DNA from: Bdellovibrionales bacterium RIFOXYD12_FULL_39_22
GTDB lineage: Bacteria; Bdellovibrionota; Bacteriovoracia; Bacteriovoracales; Bacteriovoracaceae
DNA: 20,000 bases
Reading direction: 5' to 3'
Assembly: GCA_001770205.1 (NCBI GenBank)
Contig: MEQL01000051.1
Span: 60,984 to 80,983 of the forward strand
Shown here: in pieces, positions 1-8,639 of the stretch
How the letters are laid out: every line of letters begins with the position of its first letter
How positions within the stretch are numbered: position 1 is the first letter of the stretch
The notes under the pieces: model-generated
The model's input: the letters and a program-made list of their open reading frames with translations, nothing else
Told to the model about the DNA's origin: nothing
Database searches by the model: none
Made by a program: the position numbers and the translations under genes

Positions 1-281
1 AACATAAAATTGTCTACACTGGCCCCATCTATGGGCCACAAATGCTATCTCCAAAAGACGAAGCACTGGCCCGAGAAGAATCCATTTTGCTAGAAGAACA
101 AATTGATAAATCACTCTTTAACACCAAAGAAACTCCAGGTGCTAGACGCGAGGCCTTGCTCTATCCAGCTATTAACGTTACTAATTATGATAAAGGCCAC
201 CAAAAATTACAATTATGCTTTACGCTACCACCAGGTGCCTATGCGACCATTGTCTTACGAGAGTTTTTAAAAAATGACTAG
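1..281 (+). CDS. truD: tRNA pseudouridine(13) synthase TruD, C-terminal part (5' truncated by window edge)
   Basis: The frame is open from nt 3 (HKIVYTGPIYGPQM...). It contains the TruD C-terminal signatures TGP, G.RR (GARREAL) and L.F.LP.GAYAT.VLRE. Its stop overlaps the convergent gene's stop by 4 nt. Confidence 0.88.
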   Translation, partial: HKIVYTGPIYGPQMLSPKDEALAREESILLEEQIDKSLFNTKETPGARREALLYPAINVTNYDKGHQKLQLCFTLPPGAYATIVLREFLKND

Positions 282-1615
282 GGATATGGTACTCGTTCTA
301 GCATTGAGAGCATCTTGCGAAATTTTTCTTTGGTATACTTAGAACGCAATTTGATCATCGTCTGCAGGAGGTCAAACTTTCCTTCCGGTGCATTTAAAAT
401 TTCATGGACATAATCTTCGGCAATCATAAACATGGCCACTAGCGGAGATAGATTGGCCTGAAGATTGGAAGTAAATCCTATCCCGTTTAACTCACCATGA
501 TGTTGCCTGATTAATTGATCGACTCCTAACGGCGCTCGCGGATATTTGGCGACTAGTTCTGCCGCGTCAAAAGCATGTCGACCAACTTTTAATTTATCAT
601 TATCCGAAATCGTACTACTATCCAATTCGGCCTGAGAATTGATGCAAACTAGTTCATCACGATCTAAAGTTATATCATGGAAAAAGGCCAAAAAACCTAA
701 CTTGTCAGCTTGCTCGGAAGATCCCCACTCCACCTGTTTGTTTAAAAGATTAGTTATATAGGTAATCAGCAAACTATGTTTAAAGGCAAAAGATGATTGA
801 TTCTTCAAAAGACGAGCAAGCAACAATTTGAGTGTGGGGGAATCATTAATGCAAGTAACAATCGATTGAATGGTTACATCACAAAGCTGCACCACTTCTA
901 GTGTTAATCCATCATTGTTAATTTTAAAAGAGGCCAGCTCCATTCCCACTTCTGTGGCCGATAAACGATCATCCTTATCTAAGTTTTTATCCGTTAAGCG
1001 CTCAAAAAGGCCCGAAGTTACTGCCGCCGTCACTTTCAAGCGATCGGCCTTATCGACATAAAAATCCATTGTTCCTTTCTCGATAAAATCATTAATCAAG
1101 GTCTCCTCAAATTCCAGGCCAGCAAAGAGCACTTTGGTATAGATAAAATTTCCCGCCGACTCTTTATGTCTTATGTAAACATCACAAGGCGCAGTATGAA
1201 TATTTTTAAAATAAGAGGTGGGCATCGGAAAATAGTGCGGCACCATCTGCGTGGCCATATCTAGCGCCGTCACTCCAAGGGTCTTTGCCGCTAATTGCAC
1301 CACATCACGCATTTCAGCATTTTCTTCCAAAAAATCTACATGCAAATCATTAATTCCTTCTTCTTTTCCTAAGACAATCATAGGAATAGTGCGCGAACTA
1401 CCTTTTAAATCGGTGTAAAGTTGAAACGCCACATCTTTAGTGGCCACTTTAGCATAAGTAATGATCAGGGCAATTTTATCAATTACTTTTAAAACTTCCT
1501 GGGCCTTATCCAGACTATTTTTTTTTATAACCCCCGCACCGGAATACATCTCCAAATTTAAAGAAAACATATCCTGCCTTTTTGCATTGTCATCCACGAG
1601 TAAAATAAGATTCAT
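278..1615 (-). CDS. Pseudo-receiver + degenerate HD-GYP domain protein
   Basis: N-terminal REC-like start (ILLVDDN), C-terminal FFHDI (HD) and QHHGELNGIGF (degenerate HHExxDGxGYP). Start moved from 1654 to the ATG at 1615, which follows the RBS-like AAGGAAGG. Confidence 0.72.
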   Translation of the reverse strand: MNLILLVDDNAKRQDMFSLNLEMYSGAGVIKKNSLDKAQEVLKVIDKIALIITYAKVATKDVAFQLYTDLKGSSRTIPMIVLGKEEGINDLHVDFLEENAEMRDVVQLAAKTLGVTALDMATQMVPHYFPMPTSYFKNIHTAPCDVYIRHKESAGNFIYTKVLFAGLEFEETLINDFIEKGTMDFYVDKADRLKVTAAVTSGLFERLTDKNLDKDDRLSATEVGMELASFKINNDGLTLEVVQLCDVTIQSIVTCINDSPTLKLLLARLLKNQSSFAFKHSLLITYITNLLNKQVEWGSSEQADKLGFLAFFHDITLDRDELVCINSQAELDSSTISDNDKLKVGRHAFDAAELVAKYPRAPLGVDQLIRQHHGELNGIGFTSNLQANLSPLVAMFMIAEDYVHEILNAPEGKFDLLQTMIKLRSKYTKEKFRKMLSMLERVPYP

Positions 1616-1712
1616 CGCTAAAACCTTCCTTATCCAAAAACCGGCAACATCCAATAACTTATTATCGGCCGAGCATAAATTTAAATCAAGTAAGAAAAAT
1701 TAAAGAATTTAA

Positions 1713-3425
1713 CTACGATATTTTTTGTTTTAGAATATCATTTAACTTTTTTATTAACAGATCATCTATTTTAGGAATAAGTGCGTCTGGCCCTTTTTTC
1801 AAAACAAATTTTTCCTCTTTTGAGTAGATCTTAGAAAGAGCACTCAAATTACCGGAGTAAATCTCTTTAATCAGTGATTCATCCTCACCCTCAAAAAAAT
1901 AGGCCAAAATTTTTGCAGATAATGTTGGTAAAAAAGGACGCATCATCACACCGAGTACAAAAACCAGTAGCGCACTTTGAGCAATGGTCTCCTTGGCCGC
2001 ACTCTCATCGGACTTTATTTGTGCCCAGGGAGCACGATCAGAAAAAAAGTTATTGGACATATGGCCAATTGCCATTACTTCCTCTAATGCCTTTCTAATA
2101 TGATAACTGTCCAAATCACTATTAATTTTTTTTATTGATTCTAGAAGTTGTGCATTAATTGGCAATGAGGCAAATTGGGAAAAATAGCGAGACTCAATTC
2201 CCTGTGGCCAATTTTTTTGCCAAAACTTCAAAACGCGATTGACCAGATTCCCAACATTATTGGCCAGCTCATTGTTGATCTTGGCATGAAAATGATCCCA
2301 GGCAAAACTAGAATCAGCACTTTCCGGAATAATGGAAATCAGATAGTAGCGCAAAAAATCGGCCTCAAAATCATCTAATGCTGCTTTTGCATCAATGTAC
2401 CAACCAGTTGATTTAGAAAATTGCTTACCCTCTAAATTAACATATTGATTGGCCGGAAGATCAGAGACGGCCTGAACACGGCCTGAGGCCAGCGACATTA
2501 CAGGAAAAATAATTCCGTGAAAAATAATATTATCTTTTCCCACAAAATTAACAATAGTGGTATTAGCATTATCCCACCAATCATTTAAGTAGTGATCGGA
2601 ACTTCCAATGGAGCGCAAATATTCCTTAGTATTAGAGACGTAACCAATCGGGGCATCAAACCAAACATAGAGTTTTTTGCCGGCGGCCTGCGCCAGTGGA
2701 ACATCAATTCCCCAATCTAAATCGCGGGTAATGGCACGATCATGCAAATTTTCATTGGTTAGAGAATCTACAAATGGATAGACTGTTTTTCGCCAACTCT
2801 CTTTTTTGGGTTCAAACCAGTGCCGAAACTCCTTATGAAATTTAGACAGCAGCAAGTAGTATTGCGAAACAGAGACCAGTTCAATATTATGACTGCCACA
2901 AATTTTACAAACAGGATTTTTCAAACGAGAGGCCTCAATCCATAACCCGCAGGCCGGACACTCATCACCTCTGGCCGCACTATATCCACAAGAATAACAA
3001 ACACCTTCCACAAAACGATCCGGCAGATGATTTTTACAATCGCTACAAAATAACTGATCAGTATCTTTGGGCGCAATATATCCTTTTGCATGCAAAAGTT
3101 TAAACCATTCCACTACCTCTTCTTGATGATATTTAGCAGAGGTTTGGCCAAAAAAATCAAATTTAATATCATATCGGGCAAAGAGTTCAGCATGCTCTTT
3201 ATGCCAAAAATCAACATACTCTTTATAATTTTTTTTCTCTTTCTGAGCATTTAACATAATGGCCACACCATGCTCATCGGACCCACAGATGAACATAACT
3301 TGCTGCCCTTGTAACCTCTTATGTCGAACCACCACATCCGCAGGCAAATATGCACCGGCCAAATGGCCAAAGTGCAACGGGCCGTTAGCATATGGCAAGG
3401 CCGCCGTGATTAAAAATTTTTGCAT
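1713..3425 (-). CDS. metG: Methionine--tRNA ligase (two-knuckle type, no C-terminal tRNA-binding appendix)
   Basis: ALPYANGPLHFGH (HIGH motif), GSDEHG, four CxxC motifs, YVWFDAPIGY, GKDNI and QFSKS (KMSKS motif). Confidence 0.97.
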   Translation of the reverse strand: MQKFLITAALPYANGPLHFGHLAGAYLPADVVVRHKRLQGQQVMFICGSDEHGVAIMLNAQKEKKNYKEYVDFWHKEHAELFARYDIKFDFFGQTSAKYHQEEVVEWFKLLHAKGYIAPKDTDQLFCSDCKNHLPDRFVEGVCYSCGYSAARGDECPACGLWIEASRLKNPVCKICGSHNIELVSVSQYYLLLSKFHKEFRHWFEPKKESWRKTVYPFVDSLTNENLHDRAITRDLDWGIDVPLAQAAGKKLYVWFDAPIGYVSNTKEYLRSIGSSDHYLNDWWDNANTTIVNFVGKDNIIFHGIIFPVMSLASGRVQAVSDLPANQYVNLEGKQFSKSTGWYIDAKAALDDFEADFLRYYLISIIPESADSSFAWDHFHAKINNELANNVGNLVNRVLKFWQKNWPQGIESRYFSQFASLPINAQLLESIKKINSDLDSYHIRKALEEVMAIGHMSNNFFSDRAPWAQIKSDESAAKETIAQSALLVFVLGVMMRPFLPTLSAKILAYFFEGEDESLIKEIYSGNLSALSKIYSKEEKFVLKKGPDALIPKIDDLLIKKLNDILKQKIS

Positions 3426-3445
3426 AGTATCCCCGTTTGCTTGTT

Positions 3446-4018
3446 CTACTTAATTAACTCCGCAAATTTCCCCTTACTTTTTTCTAAAACTTCTGCGTGC
3501 AAAGATCCTCCATGTGAATCCATGGTGACCACGCAAGGAAAATCTACCACCTGTAATTCCCACATTGCTTCCGGAGAACCCAGTTCCATCAAATAGACAT
3601 TATCTACTGAAGTTATTCTTTCCGCTAATACTTGCGCTGCCCCACCAATGGCATGGAAGTAAACACAACCATATTTTTTACAACCATCTAACGTTTTCTG
3701 GCCCATGCCACCTTTGCCGATGACCCCCACAATCCCATAATCACGCATCACCTCCCACTGGTAGGGCTCTTCGCGAATGGAGGTAGTTGGCCCAGCGGCC
3801 ACCACTTTATATTTTTTTGTTTTGGGATCTTGTAGCATAACTGGCCCACAATGATAGATCATCTGATTTTTCAAATCTACTGGTGGTTTATTCCCATCAT
3901 GTAAATATTTATGAACAGCGTCGCGGCCAGTGAACATTTTTCCGCTGATAAGTACCATGTCACCAACCTTTAACTCTCTAATTGCTTCTTGCGTAAATGG
4001 ATAATTTAATTTTTTCAT
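3446..4018 (-). CDS. Fe-S fumarate hydratase / tartrate dehydratase, beta subunit (Fumerase_C)
   Basis: GRDAVH, YHCGP, AGPTTSIREE, IGKGGMG, GG.A, PEA.W and DSHG motifs. Lies directly downstream of the alpha subunit. Confidence 0.92.
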   Translation of the reverse strand: MKKLNYPFTQEAIRELKVGDMVLISGKMFTGRDAVHKYLHDGNKPPVDLKNQMIYHCGPVMLQDPKTKKYKVVAAGPTTSIREEPYQWEVMRDYGIVGVIGKGGMGQKTLDGCKKYGCVYFHAIGGAAQVLAERITSVDNVYLMELGSPEAMWELQVVDFPCVVTMDSHGGSLHAEVLEKSKGKFAELIK

Positions 4019-4049
4019 ATCTTTTCATCCTCTGCTTATACTTACAATT

Positions 4050-4943
4050 TTAATAAAGCCACTTGCTTATTTTGCTAGCACCATTGAGCACGACTCCCTG
4101 TCGCCTAAAGGCCCAACACATATAAGATACCGAAACAAAATAACTGGCCGGAAGACGATTTAGTACTCCAATCTTGCAACCAAGTAAGGTAGTCTCTCCC
4201 CCAAACCCCATCGGCCCAATTGCCAATTTATTAGAGGCAACTACAATATCTTTTTCTAACTCATCAAGGACTGGATTGGGATTTTTATCATCTAATTTTC
4301 GCAACAGTTGCACTTTGGATTCAATATAACCATCACCGCGATCACCCCCAATGGCCACCCCTAAAATGCCTGGGCCACATCCTTTTCCTTGTGCTTTGAC
4401 CACCGCATCCAAAATAACTTTACGAACTCCCACAATATCTCGATCGGCAGATAACTCGGTATGAGGTAGAGAGTATTGTGCACCCATATTCTCGCACCCT
4501 CCCCCTTTAAGCATTAGCCTTACCTCCAAGGAATTGCCTTCATGTTCATGAAAATGTAAGCTGGGATGCCCTGGGCCTACATTGTTTCCACTATTTTTAC
4601 CAGTAAGCGAGTCCACGGAATTTTGTCGTAAATATCCCTTGCTGGTGGCATTCATCACTGCTTGTTTAGCGGCCAGAGAAAACTTTCCCTGATTAAATCC
4701 TGGAGGATGGTAAACATTAAAAATAATGGTTCCAGTATCCTGGCAAATTGGGCCAGAATTTTTTTCTGCCAGCGCAATATTTTCGTTTATAATCTGCATG
4801 GCATATTTTGCATTGGTCCCCTCTTTTTCGCGTGCATGTGCTTCCTTAATAACTTTTTTTACGTCCGCAGGAAGGGTTGAGGAGGTGACTCTGATCAACT
4901 CTAAAAGGGACTCGACTAAGCTCTGATCTGGTGTGTTGTCCAT
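4050..4943 (-). CDS. Fe-S fumarate hydratase / tartrate dehydratase, alpha subunit (Fumerase)
   Basis: PICQDTG, LRQN, KGGGCEN, GCGPG, IGPMGFGG and CWA.R motifs. Start moved from 5012 to the ATG at 4943, which follows GGAG. Confidence 0.92.
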   Translation of the reverse strand: MDNTPDQSLVESLLELIRVTSSTLPADVKKVIKEAHAREKEGTNAKYAMQIINENIALAEKNSGPICQDTGTIIFNVYHPPGFNQGKFSLAAKQAVMNATSKGYLRQNSVDSLTGKNSGNNVGPGHPSLHFHEHEGNSLEVRLMLKGGGCENMGAQYSLPHTELSADRDIVGVRKVILDAVVKAQGKGCGPGILGVAIGGDRGDGYIESKVQLLRKLDDKNPNPVLDELEKDIVVASNKLAIGPMGFGGETTLLGCKIGVLNRLPASYFVSVSYMCWAFRRQGVVLNGASKISKWLY

Positions 4944-5036
4944 AAAGAAACTCCGTTTGAATGTATAACTTTTTTGATGAGCGATTTTAACAACTACCTC
5001 GGCCATTTGCATAGAGTTTTTTTTAGATAATTGACT

Positions 5037-5065
5037 TTGACTCTTCTAACTCTATTGCTTATGCT
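5037..5065 (+). promoter_or_regulatory. Putative sigma70 promoter of the helicase gene
   Basis: TTGACT (5037-5042), 17-nt spacer, TATGCT (5060-5065), 30 nt upstream of the ATG at 5096. Confidence 0.5.
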
Positions 5066-5095
5066 CCCGACAAAGAAAAAATAAAAAGGTTACTA

Positions 5096-7132
5096 ATGTT
5101 TTCATTAGACGGATTAAATAAAGAACAAAAAATGGCCGCCGGCAAAATTGATGGCCCACTTCTAATTTTGGCAGGAGCAGGTAGTGGAAAAACTAGGACT
5201 GTAACCTACCGTATTGCTCACATGATAGACAATTTGGCCATCCCCTCAACTCAAATTTTAGGAGTAAGTTTCACCAATAAGGCCGCGCGCGAGATGGTGG
5301 AGCGAATGCATGGGTTATTAGGTGCTGAAAAATGTCGAGGCCTAACCCTTTCTACTTTTCACTCTCTCTGTGTGCGCATTTTGCGCGAAGATATTGAAAA
5401 AGTTGGACTTAAAAAAAATTTCAGCATCTACGACACTTCCGACCAAATCTCCATTATCCGCCAAGCACTGAAGTGTTACAAAGATGCTGCCAAATTTGAA
5501 AAACAACGCATCTTAAGCAAAATTGGATTTCTAAAAAATCAAGGCATTGATCAAATAGATTTTGCCAATAGCACTTTTTTTGATCCTGATAGTGGTTATG
5601 ATCATGCGACAAACCACTGCTACCACTTCTATCAAGAAAAACTAAAATTTTATAACGCCATTGACTTTGACGATATTCTCTTCCTGACAGTGCGTCTATT
5701 TGCTAAATTTCCGGAGGTAGCAAAAAAATATTCTACTCGCTTCAAATATGTAATGATTGATGAATATCAAGACACCAACGATATGCAGTTTGAGTTAGTG
5801 CGTGGACTAACCTCCACTCATCAAAATATCTGTGTCGTAGGCGATGATGATCAGGCCATCTACTCCTTTCGCGGCGCCAATATCAGCAATATCTTAAATT
5901 TCGAAAAGCAATTTAAAAATGCTACGGTTATTAAACTAGAAGAAAATTATCGCTCAACACGCCCAATATTGGCCTTGGCCAACAGTATCATTGCCCAAAA
6001 TAAAAATCGCAAAAATAAAATGCTACGCGCCCAGATTGACTCCGATCACCGTCCCATACTGTGGGCCTGTGGCGACCATGATCATGAAGCAAAAGTCGTA
6101 GCAGAAGAAATCGTGGGCCATCGCCAACGAGGCGGCAAACTAAAAGATATTGCTGTACTATATCGCGGGAAAATGCAAGCGCCAGTACTTGAAGATGCCA
6201 TGCGAGAGAGTCAAATTCCATATACCATAATTGGCGGCCAAAAATTCTATGATAAAAAAGAGGTCAAAGATCTCATTGCCTACTTATCGGCCATCGCCAA
6301 TCCCAATGACGAAATTTCGATGCGTCGAATTTTAAATGTTCCAAATCGCGGCATTGGCAATACCACCCTTACTAAATTTTTAACCAAGGCCGAGCAAGAA
6401 AAAATCTCTCTTTTTTCCTCAATGGAACGCTATCCAATACTTGCTGGAGGACAAAGTGAACATATTGAAACGTTTGTTAAACTTATTCGAAAATTCCAAG
6501 CTATTTTTAAAACTATCCCCTTGAATGAGGCCATCTCTAATTTAGTAGAAGAGATCAGTTACTTTGACTTTATTGACAAACAGCACTCCGAAAACGCAAA
6601 GCAAGCAGAAGTACGCAAAAATGATATATCCTACTTTATTGAATCGGCCGGACGCTTTGCCGCACTGGGGCCCGAGTCTTCCCTGCGTACTTTTATGGAA
6701 AAAATTATGCTACAAGATTCACAAGATCGAGAAAAAGATGGAGAAGAGAAAAATCAAACTAATGCTAATCAAGTAACTCTGATGACTCTCCACTCCTCCA
6801 AAGGATTAGAGTTTGATATCATCTACCTAGTAGGCCTAGAAGAGGAAATTTTACCGCATAAAAAAACCATTAACGAAGGTAATGATATTAGCGAAGAATT
6901 GCGCCTCTGCTACGTTGGAGTAACTCGCGCCCGCAAAAAACTTTTTATGACTTACTGTAAAGAGCGCCAATTTTATGGAAAAAAAATTGCCCGTTTTAAG
7001 TCACGTTTTATCAGCGAAATAGATAAATCACTCTACCTCGAACAAGACCGCACTACCTTCGGACATCTATCTCCAGATGAGGCACGGGTGTATAAAAGTC
7101 AATTTTTTTCAAGTTTAATTGATAAGCTTTAA
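5096..7132 (+). CDS. SF1A DNA helicase, UvrD/PcrA/Rep family
   Basis: LAGAGSGKT, FTNKAAREM, DEYQDTN, VVGDDDQAIYSFRGA, LEENYRS, TLHSSKGLEF and YVGVTRA motifs. No C-terminal Tudor-like extension, so Rep-like in length. Confidence 0.95.
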   Translation: MFSLDGLNKEQKMAAGKIDGPLLILAGAGSGKTRTVTYRIAHMIDNLAIPSTQILGVSFTNKAAREMVERMHGLLGAEKCRGLTLSTFHSLCVRILREDIEKVGLKKNFSIYDTSDQISIIRQALKCYKDAAKFEKQRILSKIGFLKNQGIDQIDFANSTFFDPDSGYDHATNHCYHFYQEKLKFYNAIDFDDILFLTVRLFAKFPEVAKKYSTRFKYVMIDEYQDTNDMQFELVRGLTSTHQNICVVGDDDQAIYSFRGANISNILNFEKQFKNATVIKLEENYRSTRPILALANSIIAQNKNRKNKMLRAQIDSDHRPILWACGDHDHEAKVVAEEIVGHRQRGGKLKDIAVLYRGKMQAPVLEDAMRESQIPYTIIGGQKFYDKKEVKDLIAYLSAIANPNDEISMRRILNVPNRGIGNTTLTKFLTKAEQEKISLFSSMERYPILAGGQSEHIETFVKLIRKFQAIFKTIPLNEAISNLVEEISYFDFIDKQHSENAKQAEVRKNDISYFIESAGRFAALGPESSLRTFMEKIMLQDSQDREKDGEEKNQTNANQVTLMTLHSSKGLEFDIIYLVGLEEEILPHKKTINEGNDISEELRLCYVGVTRARKKLFMTYCKERQFYGKKIARFKSRFISEIDKSLYLEQDRTTFGHLSPDEARVYKSQFFSSLIDKL

Positions 7133-7264
7133 AGTTAAATTAACTACCTATAAAAGCATAAAATAATTACACAACAACAGATCGCTTGTTGACTCAAACT
7201 CAAAAAATTGCAATAAAGTCATGCTTCTTAGATTTTTATCTGTTTTAACGATGGAGGACACATT

Positions 7265-7549
7265 ATGAAAAAGTTTTTTTTAAGCATTGCGCTTTTAACA
7301 TTTTTTAATGCTTGGGCCAATGATCTATTAGAGTCAACTGACTATTCAAGAGAAGCTGTACGAACAATAGCACTATCATATATCGCGGGACATCTTGGCC
7401 GTTCGGCCGTAGATCTAGCAAAAGAAGTCGATGAAATAATCGTCAACGACCAACGAGGGATTGCTCTCTATGCAGTAGAAGTTTCCTTAACAAGTGGTAG
7501 TTATTATGAAGTAACTTTCACTCAAATGCTGCCAATAAAAATAGAGTAA
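7265..7549 (+). CDS. Small secreted protein, PepSY-like
   Basis: Strong RBS (GGAGGA) and a Sec signal peptide (MKKFFLSIALLTFFNAWA). AVRTIAL...LYAVEV..SGSYYEVTF resembles the PepSY pattern. Confidence 0.55.
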   Translation: MKKFFLSIALLTFFNAWANDLLESTDYSREAVRTIALSYIAGHLGRSAVDLAKEVDEIIVNDQRGIALYAVEVSLTSGSYYEVTFTQMLPIKIE

Positions 7550-8635
7550 TCACTTAAAGGAATCTCGCCCCTTATTCAGTGATTTGAATTTATATTCAAC
7601 AATCTCATAAACCCAACGGCCATTTCTATTATTGAAAATATTTGCTTTATCACGCGCCAATAACATCTGATTAACTTTTTCTAATTCTGCTTTATCGGCA
7701 TCTTTATTTAGCTGAACTTGTGCTGGAAGTTCATTGATATTAGAAGAAATTCGACAATAGTATTTTTTGTCTTTATCAGTGCTTCCACCAACACCAATTT
7801 CCACCAGATAGGCCATCGCATCCGCCATTTTAACTTCATAGCGACTTTCAAATTTGACTGATTTAAGTTTAGCATCATCTGCCGCTATAAACTCTGTGAA
7901 AGAGATATTATTAAAGGCACGCACAAACTCGTCAATCTTACTTTGATCAACTTTTTCAGCAGGAGCAGTGGCCAAGACGAATTTAGAGACAGAAGTACTC
8001 GCTGAACCATCACTGGCCGGTGCCAAATCTTTTTTTACCACAAAACTACCAAATTCACCTGCCGCTGAAATGGTAACAATATCTTCTGTCTTGAGATTTA
8101 AAATTGTTTTATCAATGAAAAAATCCTTCTCGGTTTCGATAGAAAGGCCTTCCATGGTTAAATAGGTATCCGAAGAGGTGACATTTCTAATGTGACTGCC
8201 ACCATTATTATTGCGACTGCCGAGATAAAACTCCACAAGCTTACTATTTTCTTTTCCATATAAAGCAACCGTAGCATCCGCAATTCCTTCGGCCACTCCA
8301 TAAGCGTTATATGATTTATCAGAACTAGATACTTTTTCAGCAATCTGGATGCTGGCAACCTTGTATAAAAATTCATTAATTTTTCCCGTATCTGCCGGAA
8401 AGCTATTATGGCCGGCCAATACAAAGGTCGGGCCTTCTTTAACAAAATCCAATTCTCCCTGGCCGGCCTTGCTTTTAATTACTATTCGTTCAATCTTAGA
8501 AATATCTAGTCCGGAGATAAACTCTGCTCCGGCCACTAGATCATAACCACGACGATGTTCAATATAATAGGTAAACAGCGAAACAAAAAATAGCGCAACG
8601 GCAATGCTTAAAAGTTTTTTTGTAATTGTACTCAT
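7550..8635 (-). CDS. DUF4340 domain protein (Gld-like ABC operon accessory component)
   Basis: N-terminal TM anchor, FPAD..KI..FL and YGV motifs repeated in two lobes. Occupies the usual position after a GldG-like gene. Confidence 0.75.
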   Translation of the reverse strand: MSTITKKLLSIAVALFFVSLFTYYIEHRRGYDLVAGAEFISGLDISKIERIVIKSKAGQGELDFVKEGPTFVLAGHNSFPADTGKINEFLYKVASIQIAEKVSSSDKSYNAYGVAEGIADATVALYGKENSKLVEFYLGSRNNNGGSHIRNVTSSDTYLTMEGLSIETEKDFFIDKTILNLKTEDIVTISAAGEFGSFVVKKDLAPASDGSASTSVSKFVLATAPAEKVDQSKIDEFVRAFNNISFTEFIAADDAKLKSVKFESRYEVKMADAMAYLVEIGVGGSTDKDKKYYCRISSNINELPAQVQLNKDADKAELEKVNQMLLARDKANIFNNRNGRWVYEIVEYKFKSLNKGRDSFK

Positions 8636-8639
8636 ATAA

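Noticed and set aside
4944..5012. Longer N-terminus of the fumarase alpha subunit given by the ORF track
   Set aside because: The ATG at 4943 has a proper GGAG RBS, and the extension falls in the divergent promoter region.
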